Positions 1 through 9,560 of a stretch of 60,764 bases of DNA are shown piece by piece. The stretch comes from an uncultured Bifidobacteriaceae bacterium. GTDB lineage: Bacteria > Acidobacteriota > Vicinamibacteria > Vicinamibacterales > UBA2999. Position numbers and translations under genes: made by a program. Within the stretch, counting starts at the first letter, position 1; the number at the start of each line of letters is the position of its first letter. The notes beneath the pieces are model-generated. The model had not been told where the DNA came from. It did not search any database and saw nothing but the letters and a program-made list of their open reading frames with translations. The stretch lies in contig CAZUGF010000011.1 of NCBI GenBank assembly GCA_964619705.1, forward strand, positions 1 through 60,764, written 5' to 3'.

Positions 1-2790
1 AAGCCCATACATTTCGTGATACGCGATCCACGAGTACTTCTTGCCGTATCGCTCCACCCGATTGGGCTCTGTTGAACGACTCAGACTCCTGCCGCCAATC
101 TCGAGGTCGACATCCTTGAAGCGAGCCTGCGTCCAGCCCAAATCAGCAACACGCGCAAGAACTTGGCGACGCAGTCGTCGATATGCGCGATGCTTCATGT
201 CATAGTTCGAGCGATTCTTCACGAGCGAGCCGAGGGTGTAGTTCTCGAAATCCATCCGGATCGCGCCCTCTGCATCCGTCATCCGCTGTCTTGAATAATC
301 GATTCCGAGAAAGGGATTGACGGTCTGTCGATCACGTGCCAATCGCCACTCGGCCAGACGGCCCTGAACGGCCCGCGAACGCCGCGCGGCCAATTCCACG
401 ACTCCCTGGAGATTGTCACGGATCAGGGCATGGGGCGTGCGAAGTCGCCCCGACGGCGCAGATGATTCCGCCATCAGGTATGACGCCGTTCGAGCCAGTT
501 GCCGCTGAAGAGCTTTCGCGTCGGGCACATTCCACTTTGACATCGCGACGCCATAGAACGCCGCGAGCAGGCGCTCGGTGATGTAAGCGTCATTGCTGGC
601 AAGGGTGGCACGTATCTGATCTGCCAATACACGAGGCTGCGACTCACCGAGCTTCACCAGAGCGCGGGTAGCCCTGTCTCGGAGTGGCACGTCAGTGCTC
701 GTCAGGACGAGCGAGAGTACCCGCGCCATTTCGGCGGCGACCTCCGCCGACAGCTCGATCGTCTCGTTCCGCTCAGTCCAACTCAGAATCCGCTCAACTG
801 AACCACTGCGATCTCGGACCCGGAGGAATTCCGTCCAGTAGAGGTCCCGCTCCACGAGCGACATGCCCATGAGAGCGTTCCAAATTCGTTTGGCTGCCCA
901 TGGATGGTTAGGCCGAACGGCTAGCGATAGCACGACTTCCAAAGTGCGCCATGACGTGTCGCCCCCCGCACGCCCATTCAGCAAATCCACGATGAGAGCG
1001 TCTGTTGTTTTTGAGAACGATGGTACTGTTCGCCATGGTAGCCCCCGGACAAAGGGGTCGAAATATCGCCGGAGATCCCCCCCGCCCTCTGGCAGGAAAT
1101 CGTACAACTCGCGGCCAGCCCGGCGATCCAATCGCTTGAGTCGCTCAGGGAACTCCACGATGAGTGCTTCGCGCCACCCACCTCTTCGAGGGTCTGGCTC
1201 CTCGTTGGCGAAGAGCCGACCAAGTGGCGCATCGATCTGAAATGCTGCCCGAAGGGCGCGTCTCGTTAAAGGACTCGGCAGATGTCGCTCAAGCAAATGA
1301 CGCGCAATCAGATGGTCAGAGAAGCGTTGATATGGCAACCTGATGACCGCTTGCCAGTCAGTCCCAGTCCACTGGCGATCCTCAAGCAGGACGCCGGCAG
1401 CTAGCATCTGATTCAGGACTTCGCGTCGTCGCGTGACGTTCCAGTGCGGAAGGCGCGGAGAGAGAAGTTGTAGGAGTTCCGGCTCCGTGGCCCACTCTCG
1501 TTCCTCGCGCACCATCAAAGCGCACACGCCGTCTTCATCTTTCAAGAAACGCCAACAGAACTTGCCTGGTAGATTGAGCCGATTCTGAAGGTCTGCACTC
1601 GCCGCGTCGACGAAACGCTCGAACACGAACGTCATCGACTTCTGGCCGGACGCGATGCCGGAGATGCCCTTCTTCTTGCTCTCGCGCGTGAGGTCCTTGA
1701 AGGCTTCGCAGATCAACTTCAGCGTCAACGGACGCGAGAACTCGTCTGCCAGCAGCGGCACTTCGGGCAGCGGCAGATCGTAGAAATCGAAGAAACTCTT
1801 CTGGGCGTCGAACTCTTCGCCTTCGAATCCGGGATGGACGAGAGATGGGAGCGTTTGCAGCTCGTCGCCGCTGAACATAAGTCGTTCAAATGGGCTTCGA
1901 CAGGTCAGCGCTACCCCCACCCATTGAAAGCGAGAAGCCGACCGAATCAGGGTCTTGCAGGCGCGAGACCACCCCTCGCGGTTGCCTTCATTGATTCCGT
2001 CCAGAATGATGAGCGTTCGAGTTCCCCTCGCTCGACCCAGCGCATTGAGACCAGATAACAGATCGACGAGCCTCGATTCGTCGAGCGACTGAATCGCGTC
2101 TCGGAGTGGCTGGCCGCCGGCGAAGTCCTTCGCCAAGAGCAATAAGGTGGGCAAGTTGTCGAGCAAGCGAGCCAGACTCGCATCGCACACGGAGTGTGTC
2201 TTTCCAGTGCCCCATTCTCCGACTAGCAGGAGGTGCCCACGCTCAAACGCGGCGGTCGCGGGCGCTTCCAAAAACTGCTCGACGCCTCGGAATACGGACC
2301 GCACCTCACGCAGAATCGAGGAGTTGCGGTCGGCCCGAGAACGCTCCGCTTCCGGTGCCTCGCGCGAGACGTCATGACTCTGAGGATTCGCCTGGTCGAG
2401 GCGCTGGACCACATCATGGACCGCGGCGATACTGATTCGAAGAGCCGCGATCGTTCGTGCGGCCTTTCGTGGTGGCAGCGTCGTTAGCCGTCGCAACAAG
2501 GCGACGAACCGCTCGATCGCCTCCGTCTCATTCGCTTCCGGTGCAGCCGAAAGATAAGCGAGGTCACGAAACCCTTTGGCGAAGCCTTGCGTCTGCTTCT
2601 CTCGTTCCGCCTTCCATCCCTGTGTGCCGGCCAGGGCCGCCAAAGCGCTGGCGACCGTCTCGATGACGAGATTTGGTGCACCCTGTGCGGCGTTCGGCGT
2701 GTACCGCGGGCCTGCGCTGCGCACAGACCGCCTCGTTTGACGCACAATCCGCGATAGAAGGTCTTCCGCAGGCCTCCTCGTTTGCTTCAT
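1..2790 (-). CDS. NACHT-like STAND P-loop NTPase, partial (C-terminus lies beyond window start; at least 930 aa)
   Basis: Absent from the ORF track because there is no stop inside the window. My manual minus-strand translation from ATG at 2790 stays open to position 1 (930 codons, in frame). Walker A GEWGTGKT (2197-2220), Walker B-like LIILDGINE, TCRSP (resembles NACHT TSRP) and PLTLKLI motifs, then HEAT/ARM-like helical repeats (PLRDRATRALVKLGESQP). Confidence 0.75.
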   Translation of the reverse strand, partial: MKQTRRPAEDLLSRIVRQTRRSVRSAGPRYTPNAAQGAPNLVIETVASALAALAGTQGWKAEREKQTQGFAKGFRDLAYLSAAPEANETEAIERFVALLRRLTTLPPRKAARTIAALRISIAAVHDVVQRLDQANPQSHDVSREAPEAERSRADRNSSILREVRSVFRGVEQFLEAPATAAFERGHLLLVGEWGTGKTHSVCDASLARLLDNLPTLLLLAKDFAGGQPLRDAIQSLDESRLVDLLSGLNALGRARGTRTLIILDGINEGNREGWSRACKTLIRSASRFQWVGVALTCRSPFERLMFSGDELQTLPSLVHPGFEGEEFDAQKSFFDFYDLPLPEVPLLADEFSRPLTLKLICEAFKDLTRESKKKGISGIASGQKSMTFVFERFVDAASADLQNRLNLPGKFCWRFLKDEDGVCALMVREEREWATEPELLQLLSPRLPHWNVTRRREVLNQMLAAGVLLEDRQWTGTDWQAVIRLPYQRFSDHLIARHLLERHLPSPLTRRALRAAFQIDAPLGRLFANEEPDPRRGGWREALIVEFPERLKRLDRRAGRELYDFLPEGGGDLRRYFDPFVRGLPWRTVPSFSKTTDALIVDLLNGRAGGDTSWRTLEVVLSLAVRPNHPWAAKRIWNALMGMSLVERDLYWTEFLRVRDRSGSVERILSWTERNETIELSAEVAAEMARVLSLVLTSTDVPLRDRATRALVKLGESQPRVLADQIRATLASNDAYITERLLAAFYGVAMSKWNVPDAKALQRQLARTASYLMAESSAPSGRLRTPHALIRDNLQGVVELAARRSRAVQGRLAEWRLARDRQTVNPFLGIDYSRQRMTDAEGAIRMDFENYTLGSLVKNRSNYDMKHRAYRRLRRQVLARVADLGWTQARFKDVDLEIGGRSLSRSTEPNRVERYGKKYSWIAYHEMYGL

Positions 2791-2818
2791 CGATTGGTAG
2801 AAGGCGTATGAAGGCGGC

Positions 2819-3157
2819 TCACGCCGCAACAACTGTGATTCGACCGCTCTTGCGCGAACGGGGTGTTTGACGGATCACGATCTCAACGTCTCGATCCAGC
2901 GCCGTTAACAAGTTCATTAGCCGTTCGACCGAGAACCCCGCGAGCTTGTAGTTGCGGAGTGCAGAGACCTTAGGCTGGGTCAACCCCAACACCGCCGCAG
3001 CTTCGGCCTGCGACAGTTTGCGCGATTCAAGCACCTGATTGAGTGCGTATGCCAAGCGAAGTCTTGCTTGCCGCTCGGCGGCGTCCAGGCATCCAAGGTC
3101 CACGAAGATGTTCTTCGTGCCACGGACGATCGTGTCATCACGGCTTTGCCTGGCCAT
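2819..3157 (-). CDS. XRE-family helix-turn-helix regulator (HigA/HTH_37-like antitoxin-type architecture)
   Basis: Track ORF 2819..3298. The conserved part starts at MARQSRDD (ATG 3157; alternative ATG 3172). It has NIFVDLG..DAAE, then LSQAEAAAVLGLTQPKVSALRNYKLAGFSVERLMNLL, a typical XRE HTH. It ends 29 nt upstream of the NTPase start. Confidence 0.8.
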   Translation of the reverse strand: MARQSRDDTIVRGTKNIFVDLGCLDAAERQARLRLAYALNQVLESRKLSQAEAAAVLGLTQPKVSALRNYKLAGFSVERLMNLLTALDRDVEIVIRQTPRSRKSGRITVVAA

Positions 3158-3259
3158 GGCTCTCCTTCGCATCTTCTTCAGTATTCCAGTTCTGGGATAT
3201 CCGCGCAACCGATTGTGTGCGCTGGACACGCCGGAATGGTCCCTGGACTTCGCTGCGTA

Positions 3260-3295
3260 GAAGTACTGCCACTTGTGGACAAGTGGCAGTACTTC
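3260..3295. promoter_or_regulatory. Perfect palindrome (17-bp arms, 2-bp spacer): candidate operator upstream of the XRE gene
   Basis: GAAGTACTGCCACTTGT-GG-ACAAGTGGCAGTACTTC read directly. It lies about 100 nt upstream of the XRE start. A 2-nt loop is too tight for a simple RNA hairpin, which favours a dimer-binding site. Confidence 0.45.
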
Positions 3296-3949
3296 CACAC
3301 ACGCCGGTTGGTGACGCCGGTCGAGCCGTGCGGCACCTTTCTCTTGACGGCCGCGGGCAACGGGCGTAGCCTTTTTCCCATCGTTCGACGGCGACTCAGT
3401 CGCCCTCCTCCATGCGGCCTCAAGCCCTTGGAGGGCTCTTCTCTCGTCGCCCTCAGGGCACGCGAGCGAGCACCAATCAATTCCGGCATCGGATCACTCG
3501 GCTCGAACGGTCTCGTTCGTCAGCATCGGCCCAAGGCCACCTGACCAGCAGGGACGGAGCACGAGAGAGCGCTCACCTTACGCGAGTTCGCCCTCAGGGC
3601 AGTCGCGGGCGGATTGGGCGCCGACCGAATCGACCGGAACCCCTAACGACAGAGGCACCACGCGCGGGCTCCTCCTCAGGAGAGCTCGCCCAAGCGTGCC
3701 GCGGGCGCCGGCGCATCGTGGTTACCACCTTGCGCCACGTCCCGCACTCGTCCGCGCCATCTGGCGCGGAGACTGGTCGTGCCCGCGATCAACGATCGCG
3801 ATTCGCACGCCTCAGGCTCGGCGGTCCGGGACGACGCTCAGCGCGTCATCGGCCGACCGGAGTTCCGCTCCGTTCTCAGGACGGAGCGGCCAGCCTCGAG
3901 TTGATTCATCAACAACAGTTTCATGGTTGCGAGTCAACGCGGGGTTATC

Positions 3950-4155
3950 ATGCGTGGACGAAAGCGATCGGGGCTCTGGCCGCCGGCGCGAACGCCGGAT
4001 GTTGTTTCGCACCACGACGACGCGCCGATTGATGCAGACGCGCAGACGGATGCCGCGCTCCTGGCGCTCGTTCGATTGCTTGCGCGGCAGGCAGCGCGCG
4101 AGCTCTTCGCTCAAACCGTGACCGAGTCGCATCGTTCCATCGACGAGGACCGCGA

Positions 4156-4159
<4 letters not shown>
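3950..4159 (+). CDS. Small hypothetical protein translationally coupled to the serine recombinase gene
   Basis: Track ORF 3923..4159 (ATG at 3923 or 3950). Its stop overlaps the recombinase start as ATGA (4156-4159). C-terminal helix motif LLALVRLLARQAARELF. No recognised domain. Confidence 0.35.
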
Positions 4160-5832
<1,673 letters not shown>

Positions 5833-5909
5833 ACAGGGAAAATCCGATTGTAGCACGGGACCCTGAATTCGCAAACCCTCGGCGTCCACGATGACCGGGA
5901 AAGGGGACT

Positions 5910-6491
5910 CTATCCCTTCCTGACGTACTCCAGCCCAATCACGCCGGTGGGGTAGGGCGTCGCCGACACCAGCGTGAACGCGCCGTGCGTGTCCTCGTCC
6001 CAGAGGCGCTTGCCGCGGCCGAGCGTCAGGGGATAGAGCAGCAGGTGCAGCTCATCGACCAGGCCGTGCGCGAGGAGCATGCGCACGAGCTGGCTGCTGC
6101 CATCCGTCAGGATCCGCCCGCCGGGCTCGGCCTTCAGCCTCCGCACGGCCTCCACCGGGTCGCTGCGAATGATCGTCGTGTTGCGCCACAGCGGCCGCTC
6201 CAGCGTCCGCGAGACGACGTATTTCTGTGGCGGGTTCATCATGTCGCCGAAGGGGTCACCCGGCGGCATCGGCTCGAACGCCTCGGCATGGATCTCGTAC
6301 GTCCGGCGGCCCAGCAGGAAAGTATCGACGCCCTGCATCACCCTCCCGAAGCTGGCGCCGATGTCGTCGTGCCAGTACGGCAGCGTCCAGCCGCCATGCT
6401 CGAAGCCGCCATCCCGATCCTCGTCCTTCCCTCCCGGCGCCTGGATGACGCCGTCCAACGACACGAACTCGGACACGACCAGTGTGCGCAT
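5910..6491 (-). CDS. Dihydrofolate reductase family protein (RibD C-terminal domain, YwjB/YyaP-like)
   Basis: MRTLVVSEFVSLDGVIQAPGG..., LLGRRTYE, LTDGSSQLV, DELHLLLYPLTLGRGKRLW: typical RibD_C family pattern. GAGGGAG Shine-Dalgarno upstream. Confidence 0.9.
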   Translation of the reverse strand: MRTLVVSEFVSLDGVIQAPGGKDEDRDGGFEHGGWTLPYWHDDIGASFGRVMQGVDTFLLGRRTYEIHAEAFEPMPPGDPFGDMMNPPQKYVVSRTLERPLWRNTTIIRSDPVEAVRRLKAEPGGRILTDGSSQLVRMLLAHGLVDELHLLLYPLTLGRGKRLWDEDTHGAFTLVSATPYPTGVIGLEYVRKG

Positions 6492-6607
6492 ACTCCCTCT
6501 TTCCCGTCAGGCGTGCGACGGGCGGCGCCATTGCCGCCCCGTTCCCTATGGATACGTCGAACGAGGGGCCGCCGGATCGACCCGGCACTGCAGGAGAAGA
6601 CCGAGGC

Positions 6608-7186
6608 TCAGCGGTTGGTGCTTCCGGCTGAGGGTGGGGATGGCTCACGCACGGAGCCTGGTCCGTCGAGCCGGCGGTAGAACACGGTCGTGCTGCAGAG
6701 GCCGCCGGCCGGCATCAGCGCATAGCCGGGGATGTCGCCCACACGCACCCAGCCGAGCCGCGCGTAGAGGCGCGCCGCATCGCCATCGGTCACGGCATCG
6801 AGCACCAGGAGCGTCCTGCCGCAGGCACGCGCGGTGTCCTCCGCCGCGCGCATCAGCGCCTCGCCGAGCCCCTCACGCCGCCGGCGCCGGTGCACCAGCA
6901 TCTTCGCAAGGTCCGCGCGGTGCGGCTGGTTCTCGGGCTGCGCGAGGATCACCTGCACGGTGCCGCAGATGCCCTGCGCGTCCTCGGCCACCACCAGCGC
7001 GCGCTCGCCGGCTGCCACGCCGGACGCGACCCGGCGCCAGAAGTCCTCGGCCCGGGTGGGGGAGAGCGGCGCCATGAAGCTGACCGACGCCCCGCCGTCG
7101 ACGCAGTCCACCAGCAGCGCCGCGAGCTGCGCAACGGCCTCGTCGTCCACCGCGTGCAGCCGCCGGATCGTCCACGCGTCCGTCAT
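6608..7186 (-). CDS. GNAT family N-acetyltransferase
   Basis: Real start MTDAWTIRRL (ATG 7186) inside track ORF 6608..7396. Acetyl-CoA motif region LVHRRRRREGLGEALM, then ARLYARLGW. Confidence 0.85.
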   Translation of the reverse strand: MTDAWTIRRLHAVDDEAVAQLAALLVDCVDGGASVSFMAPLSPTRAEDFWRRVASGVAAGERALVVAEDAQGICGTVQVILAQPENQPHRADLAKMLVHRRRRREGLGEALMRAAEDTARACGRTLLVLDAVTDGDAARLYARLGWVRVGDIPGYALMPAGGLCSTTVFYRRLDGPGSVREPSPPSAGSTNR

Positions 7187-7220
7187 CGTCTCGCGCGCCG
7201 GCCGTGCAGGAGCGTGCGCG

Positions 7221-8120
7221 TCACGAGCCGAACAGGCGCTCGAAGTTGCCGCCGAAGATGCGGGCTGCCGCGTCCTCTTCCACGCCGAGCTCATCGAGGA
7301 TGGCGCGCTGTGCACCGTGGATGACGCGCCGCCAGCCGCGCGGGAAGAACGAGGAGTCGGACCCGAAGACGATCCGCTCCGGCCCGGCCACGGCAATCGC
7401 CCGGCGGAAGACTTCCACGAGCGTCAGGCCGGGCACGAACTTGATCCAGCCGTTGGAGCTCGATGTGTCGAAGTGGATCGACGGACAGGCATCGGCCGCC
7501 ATGAGCGCCTCGCGGAAGAACCCGCCGCCGAAGTGGGGCAGGATCACCGGCACGGTGGGGAAGCGCGCCGCGACGGCCGCCACCGCGAGCGGATCGCCCA
7601 GGCGCAGGTCGAGCAGCGTCGGCAGGCCGAGGCGCGTGCGGGCCTCGACCGAGAAGTAGCCGCAGTGCACGAACACCGCGCCGCCGTAGCGGGCGGCCGC
7701 GTCGAAGACGGCGGCCACGCGCTCATCGTCCAGCCGGTAGCGGTGCAGGGCGGGGAAGAGACAGGCGCAGCGCAGCCCGAGCTCCGCGTAGGCGCGGCCG
7801 GCACGCTCCACACCGTCCGGCGCCGCCGGGTTGACGAGGAAAAAGCCGACGAATCGCGTCGGGTGCGCGCCGACGGCTGTGGCCACGGACTCCTCGTCGC
7901 CGGGGATGCTCGCAATCAGCGTCGCGCGCGACACGTGGTGCCGGTCGAGCTCCGCTACCCACCGCCGCGCCAGGGCCAGCGGGTCGCCCGGCGGCTCCCA
8001 GCCGAGCTCCGCGGCCACCGCGTCCGCCGTGGCCCCGGCGTCCGTGCCGTGCTTCTCGCGGCCGAGTGCCTCGAAGAACCGCCTGGAGAAGAAGTGGCAG
8101 TGGCTGTCGTGGACCGTCAT
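7221..8120 (-). CDS. Amidohydrolase family protein (amidohydrolase_2 / TIM-barrel metal hydrolase)
   Basis: N-terminal DSHCHFF metal-binding motif, VFVHCG, ILPHFGGG, and FGSDSSFFP near the C-terminus. Confidence 0.85.
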   Translation of the reverse strand: MTVHDSHCHFFSRRFFEALGREKHGTDAGATADAVAAELGWEPPGDPLALARRWVAELDRHHVSRATLIASIPGDEESVATAVGAHPTRFVGFFLVNPAAPDGVERAGRAYAELGLRCACLFPALHRYRLDDERVAAVFDAAARYGGAVFVHCGYFSVEARTRLGLPTLLDLRLGDPLAVAAVAARFPTVPVILPHFGGGFFREALMAADACPSIHFDTSSSNGWIKFVPGLTLVEVFRRAIAVAGPERIVFGSDSSFFPRGWRRVIHGAQRAILDELGVEEDAAARIFGGNFERLFGS

Positions 8121-8165
8121 TGCACCTGTTCCTGCGCGCGCGTGTGTCCGGTGGAGCCGCCCATC

Positions 8166-9491
8166 TCAGAAACTGTACTCAAAGCCGATGAGCGGCGTGA
8201 CCTTGTCCCGCAGCCCCTTCTCGTCGAGCTTGAAGAGCAGGTTGACGTCCACGAGGGCGCGCCCGAACACGTTGGCCTTCAGCCCGATGGACCCGCTGAG
8301 CGCGTTGTAGGAATCCCGCCCGAAGACGATGTTCGGGAAGGTGGAGCGGCCGTCGAGCCCGTGGAACTGCTCGAGCCGGAGGCGCTCGGCGTCGATCAGG
8401 TACCGGCCGAGCACGTCGAAGGCCACCGTCAGGTGCGGGCTCACGCTCACGTCGGCGCCGACGCCGTAGCTGACCTGATTCTGGAAGTGCGCGGACTCGC
8501 CCGTGGCGGGGTTGCCGGCGAGCACGCTGGACCCGTTCCACTTGTACCCCGCGTTCGCGTGCGGGGAGAGGCGCTGGTAGGTGGCGGACCAGATCGCAAA
8601 CGGCTGCACGCCCGTCGCGCCGCTCCCGAGCAGGTTCATCTCGTCGCCCGTCGGCAGCCGCAGGTCCACGCCGAGCGCCACGCCCCCGCGGTCGGTCTTG
8701 TGGACGGTGCCCTTCAGGCGGACCATGAGGTCGCCGATGCCGCTCGCCCGCCCGACAGCGGTGAAGATGCGCTGGTCGCCCACGCTGCCGTCGGACTGCC
8801 GGTAGAAGTGCGTCAGTTCGTTGGTCGTGCCCAGCCGGCGGATGCGGGCGTGCGACACGATCTTCAGGTCCGTGGAGACGATCGGCACCGCCAGCGAGAC
8901 ATCGACGCTATCCGTGATGCCGTAGGTGACGAACATCGTGGACTGGCTGACCCGTGCCTCGATGGCATTGCTGGTCGTCACGACGTCCTCGCGCCCGCCG
9001 AGCAGCTCCGCGTTGTCGTGCGTGAAGACCGCGGGCACGCTGCCGAGCGAGATCCCCTCGACCGAATCGAAGGTGAAGCGCTGCACGGCAAAGCCGACGG
9101 ACACGCGCCGCGCGCCGATCGTGTCGGCGCGATCCGCCAGGATGGGACCGAAGCTCTGCGTGGTGCGCTGGAACACGCCGAGCGACGGATCGAACTCGAA
9201 CGTGAAGCCGCCGCCGGGCGACGGCAGCGGCACGCTCACCAACTGGCCGACGAGGGCCGTGCTGAACTGGCCGAAGTTGAACTGGAAGTCGCTGACGAAG
9301 TGCGCGGTGTGCTCCTGCTCACCGGGCAGCGTGGCGAGGCTGTCCACGATCAGGCCGCGCGGCCCGAAGATGTCCGTGAAGATCGTGGCCAGGTTCGGCA
9401 CCGGCGCCGACAGGTTGTAGGGCTCCTGCGCCCCGGCCGTCCGGGCCGTCAGCACCACGCACGCGAACGCCGCCACCAGTCGCCATGCCAT
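8166..9491 (-). CDS. Outer-membrane beta-barrel protein (MetA-pathway/transporter-like)
   Basis: Signal peptide MAWRLVAAFACVVLTARTAGAQE after a strong GGGGAGGG Shine-Dalgarno. Alternating beta-strand pattern. C-terminal GFEYSF with terminal Phe. The track ORF extends to 9539. Confidence 0.75.
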   Translation of the reverse strand: MAWRLVAAFACVVLTARTAGAQEPYNLSAPVPNLATIFTDIFGPRGLIVDSLATLPGEQEHTAHFVSDFQFNFGQFSTALVGQLVSVPLPSPGGGFTFEFDPSLGVFQRTTQSFGPILADRADTIGARRVSVGFAVQRFTFDSVEGISLGSVPAVFTHDNAELLGGREDVVTTSNAIEARVSQSTMFVTYGITDSVDVSLAVPIVSTDLKIVSHARIRRLGTTNELTHFYRQSDGSVGDQRIFTAVGRASGIGDLMVRLKGTVHKTDRGGVALGVDLRLPTGDEMNLLGSGATGVQPFAIWSATYQRLSPHANAGYKWNGSSVLAGNPATGESAHFQNQVSYGVGADVSVSPHLTVAFDVLGRYLIDAERLRLEQFHGLDGRSTFPNIVFGRDSYNALSGSIGLKANVFGRALVDVNLLFKLDEKGLRDKVTPLIGFEYSF

Positions 9492-9560
9492 ACACCCTCC
9501 CCTGAAGTATCGCGACGTGCCCATGCCCGCCCTGCGCACCGCACCGCACGCGGCGCCGGG

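Noticed and set aside
3158-3298. N-terminal extension of the XRE ORF, or a remnant of a RelE/HigB-type toxin gene upstream of the antitoxin-like HTH
   Set aside because: I translated all three minus-strand frames between 3158 and 3420 and saw no toxin-like motifs. The extension (MEVLPLVHKWQYFYAAKSRDH...) overlaps the palindrome and has no homology signal I can recognise.
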